DNA of 64,000 bases from Klebsormidium nitens (taxonomy: Eukaryota; Plantae; Klebsormidiophyceae): positions 259,558 to 323,557 of the forward strand of contig DF236983.1 of the NCBI GenBank assembly GCA_000708835.1, given 5' to 3'. The notes beneath the pieces were generated by a model, which made no database searches, was not told where the DNA came from, and was given only the letters and a program-made list of their open reading frames with translations. The position numbers were made by a program, and so were the translations under genes. Numbering within the stretch: position 1 is the first letter of the stretch; each line of letters begins with the position of its first letter. Shown in pieces: positions 10,872 to 22,800 of this stretch.

Positions 10872-13800
10872 CTACTTTCCAACTATTTGACGAAGGGTCT
10901 CAATGAACGCGCCTCGTTCGGCCGGTTCCTGCACAAAAACAGCAGGCTGAGAAGCAATGCATGGCACAGGATCGACAGGGACAGCATCTCGACCTTTCGA
11001 AGCGTTTGTCAGTCAGGAGTGACCACTTCAGAAAGTAAACAAAGACCTCCTGACCAACCGTGCCGTCACGGGAACATATGGTGTGGCCCGTTGATGACCC
11101 GCAATCCGTGTACATGTTCGACTTTGAGAAGGGGTCTGAACAAAGACGCACGGAATGGCGCGGCGCTTTATTGATGCGAAGAAAGGCTGTGCAAACACAC
11201 TCTGGCTAAAGTTGACTTCGGAGGAACCGCAACGGCTGTGGAAAGACGGAAAAAGCTGAAAGAGTTCAGAGGTCTCGTACGTGTAGGCGCTGTAAAGAGC
11301 AAGGCATCAGCCCACGAGCCCCCGATCGCGAAGAAGAGCACGAAGCTGACTACTCAAGCGCGACTCACCTGCTTTTCAAACAGCGCTTGCAGGCCTTTCA
11401 GAAGCCCCGCCTGCCCCTCGTCTCCCTGGACCAACTCTACGACGCTCCGGGCCACCCGATCCGTCTCCAGGTCCTTCAACCGGGCGTCGATCCACCCTCG
11501 GTTGTCCTCACACCACGTCACCACAGCATCATCATCCGCCCAAAACCCTTCCCGTTTTGCCATGCTAGGACCTACTTGAGAATCCGAGCGCTCGTCCGAA
11601 AGATGCCCGTTGGGTTCCGCTGTTGGTTCCGACGCAGATGAACCGTCTTGATGTGTCCCAAGCCTGTTCCGATGGGCGGTCGGCGACTCTTCAGTGGTTA
11701 CGGGCGACCCTTGCCGGGCGTCTACGGCTTCTTGGTCGCCCTCGCTCGGGTTTAAGCTACCCGGTTGATCTTCCCGGGTGCTCCCGGGGTCACGGTGGGT
11801 CCTGGGAAGCGCCCGGATATCGCCCGGGGAATCTGTCACAGCCGGACCGGGACACTGAACGTGCCATTGGCGAAGAAGCGCCTTTGCCTCTGGCCGGGAT
11901 AGCCGCCGCCCGCTCGCTGCGACAATGCGCTTCAGCAGGGACTCCTGAATAAGAAAGACTCTGCTTGTCTCTCTGTCTCTGCTCAAAGGTTGTCCGCCGG
12001 CAGATTCAGAAGAAGAATACAATCAGCGAGAAGGCTGCGTTGAGGAGCCTGCTGCTCACCCGAAAGCAAAAAGGAAGGAACAACGAAGAAAGATTCCAGG
12101 ACCAAAGCTACGAGAGAAAACAAAGACAAGCAGCGCACCTTGACGAGCCTCCCGCCGAATCGAGGAAACAGAAGGATGGGAACAAGCACGAAACGACAAG
12201 TTTACAAAACAAGCAAGCGAGAAGGGATCTCAACAGAACGTGAAGAAACGATACGGAAGCGAGTTTCCCACCTCCACGAGCCTCCTGCGGAGCCGCTTGT
12301 AGAAGAGCGCGCGCGAGCGCTCCCAGGGCACGATGCCGGCGATGACGCCCTTGGCGGCCATCCGCTGCGGGGTGTCGTGCAGGTCCGCGAAGCGCAGCGC
12401 CACCTGCTGGTACACCGGCCGCAGCAGCCGCTCGCGGTCCTGCAGGAAAGGAGGAAAAGTTGCTTTTCTAGTTGATTCTGTTTAATTTCCTTTGGCTGTA
12501 CGAATCTTAGGTTCAGGGCCGCAAAGCGCAGCGCCACCTTGCTGGGATACCGGCGCAGCAGCCGCTTGCGGTCCTGGGAAGGAGAGGGAAAACGCCGCTT
12601 CATAAATGGGTGTCCTCTGGTCTTGCTGTTGACTGCTCCTTTAGTTTCTGCAGCTACTGTCTTTCTGTGCGGTCCGCCAAGCGGAGCATCACAAACTGGT
12701 ACAAAAGATGCGGCAGGCGGGAACGACGTCGCTTTACTGGTTGTGCTATCTCCCTCGATTTTCTCAACTCTCGTTGTGTTTCCAGGATTTGCAGAGCGAA
12801 GGGTTACCTGCTATTCCACCGGCAAAGCAGCCACCGCAAAGGAAATCGAGATGAAAATGTTTGCTCGAGAAGCACTTTTGGTCTCTGAGCTTTTTCTTCC
12901 CCTCTTCGTTCCCTTCCCATATCCTCGTCCAAGCAAAGCGGGGATAAATCAAGTGCTCTTCCAGATCCAGAGCTACAAGTGTACAGAAAAAGATCCGCGG
13001 AGCAAGACGAGTGGTCCCAAGTGTTTGTACTGAGCAGCCACTTTTTGCACCCGCTTCTGAAGCAGGCTCTCCAGCAATGAACCCCGAAAACTTCCAAGCA
13101 AAGACCCACCACTCCAGCCTTACCCTGATCTTGTCCTGCAGCTCCTTGACCCGCCCCGGCAGCGGCTGCGGCCGTTTCCTCTCCTCCTCTAGTTGCCGGT
13201 CCAGCGCCGCCAGTCCGGCATCCAACCGGTGCATGGTTTCCACCAACTGGGCACTTCGGTATTTGATCTCCACTAGTCCTTCGGGCTCCAGGACATTTCC
13301 TCGGGCGGAAGGATCCGCGTACATTTCGACCATGTCCGCATTGATCTGGCTGTCGACCACAACCCAAGCGCCGCCGCGGAGCTCCCCGGTTTTGGGGACG
13401 TAGACGAAGACGGGGGACGTGTACGTGCGCAGGTTCTCCACGATGCACGAGCCCGCCTGTTGGTGAGGGGGGAAAAGGAGAGCTTGCAACGGGTCTTGAG
13501 CTTGAGGGCTCGTCGAACCAGAGTTCTGACGACTTTCTCCCTCGTGTTCACACCGTACGAATGTTTCGTGGCTCCAAGAGCAGTGAGCGCTAAGACCCAA
13601 TCTAGGGCCTTTGGATTGCATACCGGAAAAGAAGGTTTACAACAAAGACCGAAGCCAGTCCTCGGTCCCTTTCAGGACAACAGAATCCCCTCCAAGCCCT
13701 GGTAATGACGACTTCGCACGAGTGAAACATACACTAAGATACGAAACTTTCAGCCATAACTTCCAATGTGCACGCAAACTTGTTTGTGTACAGACGTATC

Positions 13801-16800
13801 ACTACTAATATGGCGTCATGGCTTCACTTGCCTGCAGAACCCCCTCGAAGAGATCTCTCTGGCCCCCAGAGAAACCCCGCCAGTTGGCCAGGATGAACAG
13901 CGGGAGGCCCTCCCGCTTGAAGTCCAACAGCGCCTGCGCCGTCTTCGCCGCGCTGTCCGGAAACCATACCTGCAGAGAAGCAGTGCGGAGCAATACTTGA
14001 ATGGCAGATCCCTTTCTGCAAAAGGCCACTCTGGGAGGCTATGAGTCTCTTACTGCTCAAGAGACTTCCTAAAACGCCCTCTCTCGATACGCTCTCTCTC
14101 GTGTTGCGGCTCAGGCAAGATTCGATTGGGTTCCTTAGCTCCAGCGATCATTTGGGGATCCGTTGACACAACAGATAGGACAGGATGTTTGCTGGTAAAA
14201 ATGAGTATGTGCAAAAATCATGTCATCAGAAGTTGCTGTTTTACACAAGCCCTCTGCATAATAGCCAGCATCTGAGGACGTAGCCAAAACCGTGCCTTCT
14301 CCTTGCGCTCTTCAGAGAGTGAGTAGGCTTGAGCGTATTCCCACCTGTCCAGCCTGAGGCACCGCCCTTTCCGCGCTGTCCGGCTGTCCGGGGTCCGCTG
14401 GGATGTAGCACATAACCGCCTGGGTTTGCACCGCGATAACCCCAACCGGAATCCCCCCTAACCGCGCCCTCCCCGTAACCACGGTTCTCGCCCAACCCGC
14501 CAACGCCTCAGTAAACGACCCCCGGTCAAAAATGCCCCCCAGCCAATTCTCCGCCGTCGGATCAAAGCTCGCGATTCCATCCGCCGTCGGATGAGAAGTC
14601 GCCGCGTCCTCGGCCGTCGGATGGAGCGTTCCTTGGATTGCCGCGCGGGGATCGCACATTTGCTCGGGGACGTAGCCAACCGGTCTTTCGACTGGGTCAG
14701 TGTTCCAGAAGCGGACCGGGGGGTCCGTACCGACACGTTCCGGTACGTACCCGAGCCAGCGGAGGATCTCCGTACACCCCTCGAGGTCGTCCGAAACGGT
14801 CCGGTGGACGACTCCGTTGTTGGCCATGATGTGGGGGCCGCCCAGTTGCATGTGCGACGTGTAGACTTCCCGGCCCAGCAGCTTGTTGAGGGCGGAGAAA
14901 CCTGCAGCGCCAAAAGGTTCAAAGGTGGGCTTCGCTCTCTTAGAGCTTGTCACGCAGAACTCCGTCTTTCAGTCTTTTGTGAAATAGAGCTCCTTAGCAT
15001 CAGCGAGACTTGCAGGGGTAACGGATGAGCAGTTGCGCCACATGCGGGTGCGCTTTTGGCGTGATCAGGCTTCAGCCACAATGCAGAAGAACCGGTTGGA
15101 CTCATAGAAGCGAGCCAGGCAGGAGATGAGAATTGCATACTTGCGGCACTGGACCGCAGGCCGATCGCGATCAGCTGTTGTATCCTGACAGCAAGAATCA
15201 GAGCGAAGAGCGCTCTGAAACTCTGAAAACGTGCGCAGGAGAAGAGAACGGAAATCCGGAAACATCTGAACGCCCAGCGCCTTTGAATGGCTGCGCATAT
15301 TTGTACTGCGTGGCACCACTAAGAAGGCTTTCTTTGACCTGTCAAACCATACAGATTGAGAGGTCCCCTGACCACTCCTCTCAAGCATAGAGTTGTCTGT
15401 CACTTGAACGAATGCTTACGAAGGACGTGCATTTCGTAGGTCAGGCGGAACTCCGGTAGCTAGTAACAATAGCACCAAATCGAAGCTGTCCAAACACATG
15501 AGTCGGGATCAGGTTACCCACCTGTAAGGATGATCGGTTGGTCCAGCCGCTGGATACACCGCTGCCCCAGCCGCGCCAGGTACGCACCGATCCCAACGGT
15601 CCGCCCCGTGACGTACGTCAGCGTAAACGTCTCCTGGTAAGCGCGTGCATAAGCGCCCGCGATAAGCCCGGAGCCCGACAGGTTCTCGACGCCCAATCCG
15701 TCCTCCCGGCCCACGATTCCGGTGAGCACGTGTCGGACCTCGCCGGACGGAAGCTCAACCTGTGCGGACAAAATACAATTGTCGGCAAATGACCACAAAT
15801 CTTTCTTTACTTCTGGCGGGATCTGAAGATGCACACGTAAGTAAATTCGTTTGCGAAAGCGGCTGAAGATCTTGACGGCCTGGAAAAGGTCCTGCGACCG
15901 GTAGCTTGAGGAGACATGCGCGTTGGGTACTCGTCGGCAGAGAGTCGACTGTGAAAGCTTGAGCTCTGAAGCCCGGCCTCGGTCTTGCCTGAAGTGACTC
16001 GCGATTGTTTCATGATCGTTTCTCTCCATCTACCCGAAAGGAGAGCAATTGATCGCCCTCCCATTGCATACCGCTTGTCACCAGGCTTTTGACGAAAGGC
16101 GCTTTCCCTCGAATCTGGGAGCAAAGGGTTTTGAGTGTCTCCGCCTTCGAACCCTTTCTTTCCCCTGGCACCTAGAGTTGGTGTACAAACCGCACGCGAC
16201 CAGAACCTGAGCAACACAGAGAGGCCTCCATCAGGGCTTCCGGTTGCTTTCCTCACCTTCTCCGCAAAGACGGAGCTCCCCACTTTCGCGCAGTCGGCGT
16301 CCGAAAGGTACAGGTATTGGAAGCCCTCGTTCGGACGTCCGTCGTCGAGCCAGCCCACTTTGAACGCGGCTTGCACCTCTTTTGCGACGCCGATGCGCGC
16401 CCCGGAATTAGCGGCCAGGTAGATGAGCGGCAGCCCCGCCCGCGCCGCGAGCTCGGTGACATCACGGAAAAAGGCGTCCTCTTTCGGCCCGAACGACCTG
16501 CAACATTGGTGGAAGATCCTACTGGTTGGACAAGTAAGAGCAGAAGTCTGGCTAGCTCACCAGGCAATTCGACTCTGATTGTTGGGTTTACATACTCGGA
16601 AAGGCCCAACTGAGAGGGCTGTATGAGGTTCTGCCGGGCGAAAGCAGCGAAAGTGACACAACACGATACTCAACTAGAGGGGTTATTGAAAGCTCGCCTG
16701 CTTTTTGCTCGTCCAAAAGCAATCAAGACAACTTGCTTGGACTTCCGTAGCCGACTCCTACCTGAAACATATCTGTCTGATTTCCTGGTCCCAGATTTTA

Positions 16801-19800
16801 AAACTCTGCCGGCTTGTCTTGTTAGAACGCCGAGATTGAAAAGGAAGTCTTTTTCAAGACAGGAATGCCCACAAAGGCCTCCAACCTGCATGAATCACCC
16901 TCGCTTTTTGTTTCTAAACCGCTAAGTAGAGTTTTGATGACACAGGCTTTGCCTTCCTGAGAGACGTCGAAAGCGGAAAGAAAGCTGCTCCAAAAATGAA
17001 AATAGTCCACACTTGCTCCACGACTCACCCCGCACCAACCGTGCAGTCATTCGCGACCACGACCATCTCCCGCCCCTCGGCACACTCGGGCGTGCGCAGC
17101 TTCATTCTCCAGGCCACCATCCCGATCTCGTTCGCACATGCCGGGCGGTCTGTTTCTACCAAAGCCCCCTCCGCCGACCAAACTAACTCCCGGCTCTCGA
17201 CCAAAGGCTCAGAAGGAAACGTTGGCGGCCCGTTTGGACCTGATTCGGACGTCCGTCCAAGCGGCGACTCCGTCCGGAACGTGGGCGAGAACGGAAGTTC
17301 GGCGCCGGTGCTGTTGGAGGGGAGCAGTTGCAACCGTGGGCGGGTGAAGGAGTTGTACTGGGCCCGCCGCCAAGGAGAGGGAGTGCCCGGGTTAGACGGG
17401 TTAGCGGAACCGGGTTCGGACGAAACCCGGCGGGGGGGCCGCAGCTCGGCTTCCCAGATGGACGCGAGCGCGGTGGAGAAGACGAGGGGGAAGTCAAAAC
17501 AGAACGTGGTCCCTGCCCGCCGCGCTGCGAGCCGCCGTTTCTCTAGACTTCCCAGGGGCCCGTACTGGGCGCTGACAGGAATTCCGTCGAGGCTACCGCT
17601 GGGGAAACCCTCCGGGGTTTGGTAAACCCGCCTGCCATCCACGAAAGCTTCTCTGTACACTTGGATGACGTCACCCTGGATGCAGGGGCTCTCGACAACG
17701 ACGCGCCACGTGGCAGCCGTCGATTGACCCCCTCGGACCGCTATCCTGAACTCCCAGATCGCGATCCCCTGTTTGTACAGCCGTTTGCCTAACCTAGCGT
17801 TAACCCGCTTTACAATTCGTTGCAGAAGGTTGACCGTGTTTTCGTCATCCGACTCGGCTGCCGGCAATGTGCCCGTTGCAGCGCTTTGTACACCGATGGC
17901 TGCCACGTGTCGCTTTCGACGGTTTCCGATACCTTCGACATCTACCCTAACAGCAGGCGGGGTTCTAAAGTTGGTCTCGGAATTGCTGTCGGTCCTACTC
18001 TCCACAAAAGCACTAGGCGCTTCTCCTAACCTACCGTTCTCAGTACCCCGTGAATGGTTTTCTTGTGAAGCTTCCTGCGATTCTCTCAAGGAACTTTCTA
18101 CACCTTCCGCTGGGTTGCTTCTGCTGTCGCCATGATCACTTTCGGCAAGCACGCTCTCCCTCCCACTAAACTCCGCTTCTGAGTTACTACTGACACGTGG
18201 CATCTCTACCTCTTGCAGAACGGACATGTACAAGTGAACGTGGTCGCCTTTCTGCTCATTCGTCGCCACTTCTAGTTCCTCCAGCGCCCCCTTCATCGAC
18301 CGAACCAACGCCTCGCACGCCGCCGTAACTGCGTCCGGGGGGTCCGAAGGGCTGAAGAAAGCACCCCCCTGAGGCGATCGAAACCCGGTATCCAAAAAGC
18401 GATCCCGGGGCTCAGCGCCCACTTCCCCGTACGCGGGCGATTCGGAGTCGCTGAAAGTACCGGACAGGTTCCGGTCGATTTGGTTAATGTAGCCGGGGTG
18501 GTTAGGGGCGGGTTCCGGGCGGGTTGGGGTGGAGAACGGGGCCGTGAGGAAGAACTGCCGGACGAGTGACCGGAGGAACATCCGCCGGATGTTGGGCTTC
18601 TCGACGGTGGTGTAAATGTGCCACTGTCGGTCTCGGGACGCTGCATACTGGACTGGAGACTGGCTAGGGATCTTTTCCTGCAGAAAGAACGTGTCAGGAT
18701 GTTAAGAGCAAGGGATTAAGAGCAGATTGCGCAGTGCAATCCTTTGAAGAAGCCAGACTGGATTCCGAAAGGGCTGGAAAAGGAAGCTTCAAGGTAGCGC
18801 TGGGCATTAGTAGGACGCTGAAGTTACTACCTAGCAGCTTCGTCTTCGGAGAAACCTTGCCGCGACTCCAATATCTGTGTGCAAGAGACCAATCAACCAA
18901 CATTCGACTAAAATTCACACGGCATGTCGGGGTAGGAGACTCTCTAGCATCGACGCAAAAGGGACGACCCCCCATCTACGACATGTTGCAGGCCCGTTCT
19001 TCGCAACAGACCGCCTTACAAACTGTCGATAAATAGAGAGCGTATTCTCACCAGCTCCAGGAGGTCCGACAGCAGCGGCTCCACGTGCCGCAGCAGGGGT
19101 TGTTCGCGGAAGTGTGAATCAGCCCCCTGCCACGTCAGCAGATGGCGCGCTGGGGAGCGCCCCTCATCCCGCTGTAGAATGCAGCTCACGGTGCCGACGC
19201 CCGCTTGGAGAAGGGCCCGGCTGAGGTCACTCCCCGAGAGCGCTGACGTCAGCTTGGCAACACGCGCCTGCGCGGCTTCTTCGTCCCCGCTGCATCATGA
19301 GCGACGTTTGTAGTGAGTGCTGCCGTTGGTAGTAGATACCGGTGTTCTCGGGGGTACTTAAGCTCCGAACAAATGACCTTGCCAGGTCTGACCTAATTTT
19401 GGTTACCTCAAAAGTCTTTACGACGATCACTCTGGGGTAGAGCACGCCACACCTTAGAACGGTCTGGTTAGTGCTGTCGTCGGTCTTTGGTATCCTCCCA
19501 AAGTAAGGCCTTGAAAACAGAGGTTTTAGATACGTTCTGTTACTTAGAGCTCGAGAAGCGCAGTGGATGTACAGACGGTGGCCCAATTTCAGAAAGGATC
19601 CAAGCATTCTCGATTCCGTCTTCCTGGCAAACAAAGAATCCCGCACATCTTTTTGTCTGCTTGCCACCTCCCAGCGCCTCAGCCACCTACCTGTCCATGC
19701 TCGTGCTCAGCGACTCATTGGCCGCCAGCAGAACTAAGTGCAGCACGTTTCCGCGCCCGCCTTCCGTTTCCGTCCGTATGTCCGCCAGAACCGCCCGGAC

Positions 19801-22800
19801 ATAGGGGGCCAACAGCCTCAAACTCGGCAGTACGACCATGGCCCCCCATCGCGGTTTGCAATCCGCTGCTGACGTGGCAATGTCGAGGAAGCGCCACGTG
19901 GCGCGGGGGCGGCGGCCGAGGGCGGGGCCGTCCCACTTTAACTGGATGGAGTTGTGCACCAGGTACGGCTGCAGCGGAAAAAGGTGTGAATTTTCGAAGG
20001 AACTGGTTTGTGATTGCTCAATTATGAGAAGTTAGCAACGATGCAGTGGATCCGACTTGCCGACACTGTTCTCCGAGACGTTGCGTGGCAACAACAACTA
20101 TCAAGAACCCCCTGCAGATTGATGTTACTACAGCTGGGGTAAAATGTAGCAGGCAGATTGCGGATCTTGAAGACTCCCTGCAGCCTCGCTTTCATTCAAG
20201 AGGATCACGGCTTGGAGGTTTCTTTTGAGTACTTTGTGAAGTAAGATCATGAATCAAGACCACGGCCGTAACTTCCCTGTCAGCGGATCTGTGCAGGGCA
20301 CCGCTGACATACTTCCAGAAAAGTCGGGTGTGATCTAGACTTATAATAAATCTTTTCCATGCTGTCCTAGTGTGCACAGAAGTTCTTGTACATGAGGGTT
20401 TCCGTGAGACTACCCTCTTACCTGGTACAGCCTCCGCACATACGTCTCGATCACTCGGCTCAGCAGTGCTCGGTCCGCATGGTCAAACAGCGCGGCCAAC
20501 GCATCTTCGATTGGTAGCGGCGCGCCCGCGAGCTCATTCATCCGCTCCTCCAGCCGCGCCCCACGCTTGGACAACCGGCGCGGGCTGTCCGTTGCGTCCG
20601 CGGCAAACATGTCGAGTTCGGACAGCGTCCGAGCGATGTGCGCCTGGAGCTCGGACAGCTGCGTGGTCTCGAGCAGCTGGTTGCTGCGGGCCGCCACCTT
20701 ATGTAAAGGATCCCCCAGGTTAGAGAGCGGGCACTTTGTTCCTCGTGTTCCAGAACAAAAGAGCATGCAAGAACGGGGTTTCGGACTTTCAAAATGCTGA
20801 AGAGTGTGAACCGGGTGAATACGCGAAGGAGGCAATACTCAGCAATTGGATAGGGAAGGGCAGCAGTGATGTCGCCGAGGCCAAGCGCCCCGAACATGCA
20901 GGCAAAATCAGAACGCCCCGCATCTTGGCCTAGCTGGCACGGCTGAGCGTTGCAAAGCTAAGACGTTAAGCAATCCGAATTCGATAATAAGGACCAATAA
21001 CGGGCACCTCAGCTTGGCTAGCGTGACCCAGCGCTGCTAACCAGGCTGCGTAGACGCCAGAGCCGGGCAGGACGAGGGAGGAACTGACCCAGACGGAAGA
21101 AGAAGGAGGAGAAAATAGAGACGAAGAGGGGCTAGTAGCAACCAGTACATCGCTCACCTCTGCCTGGCTGCGTGACTGAGCGCTGCAAGCCTGTGCAGCC
21201 ATGTGGCATTGATGCTCGGAGCAGGGAGGCACGAGGAAGGGCCAAGCCAAGGACAGAATAAGAAATAAACAGAGAACAACAGTATTCGAACAGGAGCTTG
21301 CCCACCTCGGCCTGGCTGGCATGGCTGAGAGCGGCGAGACGGTGCAGCCATGTGGCGTAGGCGCCAGGCGCGGGCAGGACAAGCGAGCCCATGAGGCGCA
21401 GCAGGAGTGCGTTCTTGCGGCGCACGCCCTGGTGCGACAGGACGACGTCCACCACGCGCTCCAGGTGCTTCTTGTGGCGCACGCGCAGGCCCTCGATGAC
21501 GTCAGCCTAGGACGAATGGTGACGTCGAAGTCAAAAATCGGGTGAAGTTTTCCAGGGCCATGAGGAATGTGGAATAGAATGTCAGTAGGTGATTGGGTTG
21601 GCATTCCGGGCAGAGAGCAATGGAGCGTTCAAGAGAGCGCTCGTTTTAGGAAGGAGAGCAGAGCTGCCCACGACGGGGTCCGACTCACCTGCTTGTCTGA
21701 GCAGCAAACAGATCCAAGCAATTATCGGCAAAATCAGGCTCTATTCATCCGCGCTGTCTTTTGATGCGTAAATGTTAGCGACTTGATGTAAGAGACTCAA
21801 TGCGAGCATTTCTGCTGGGACCTGGATTCCTTTAGCAATAGTAACAAAAGGCCTCTGTCTTCTTGTCGTCGAATCGCTCTATCTCCCTCCGCTCGTCCTC
21901 ACCTGTGCCTGGTCGCTGAACAGCTGCTCCACCCGCAGGTACTCGTCGAAGAGCTCTCCCACGGTGGCACGCGCATGGCCTTCGCGGCCGCCCTCGTAGC
22001 TGCGAGCCAATTTAACCAGAGGGACTACCAGCTCCCGCAGCAACGGCTGCTCCTTCATTGATACGGATGCCACGTATTCCTGCAAGTGGCAGCGAACGAT
22101 TCTGAGGATTGACTTCCCTGGAATGGATTTTCTGATGCGGTTGCCGGATGACACCTGCCTTCTCGTACCTGGCCCTCTTAATAGGAACGAGCGGTCCGGA
22201 CTATTGACACCGGCGTGCTTTCTCGACGTGGGGACAGGCGAACACGATGGATGCAACCCTGATAAAGCGCCCTCGTGAAAGCTCAAAGTTTGGCAGCACA
22301 GACGGTGTTGAGCGCGTAAGGAAGCAAGTGTAACGCTTTCATTTTGAGGGAATGAGGCAGACAGGCGAAGTGAAAGGAGATGCTCCAAAGGGCAAGCGAA
22401 ATCGGTAGCGGGTGGAACAGCGGAAAGTCTGTGCCACGAATCGGTTCAACCAGGACGCGTCGGGCAAGAACTCCTGTCACCCACCTCGAGCGTCTCCCGG
22501 AAGTAGGACGCCGGGAACTCGAACGACGCGTCCTCCACCGCAAGCGCCTCGGCGAGCCGGAAATCGCGCCAGATCGTATCCAGCTGATTCCGCAGCTCCT
22601 TCGGGAGCCGCGCAGAAAGCACGGCCATCGTTTCCTGCCACTGTAGAAGCGGCAGGTGCGGGTCGTCGAGACAAGACAGCAACGTTTCGACCACCGTATC
22701 GATGTCGTGATCGTACCCCGCCAATATCATGCGCGCACCTTCGACGGCCGCCGCGAAGTGCTGGTGCGCCCGCGCGGTGACAGGTGTCGGCGTCGCGAGC

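Noticed and set aside
12764-16376. Separate accA/accD-like genes suggested by individual CT-domain ORFs
   Set aside because: They are exons of the single homomeric ACC1 and join in phase.
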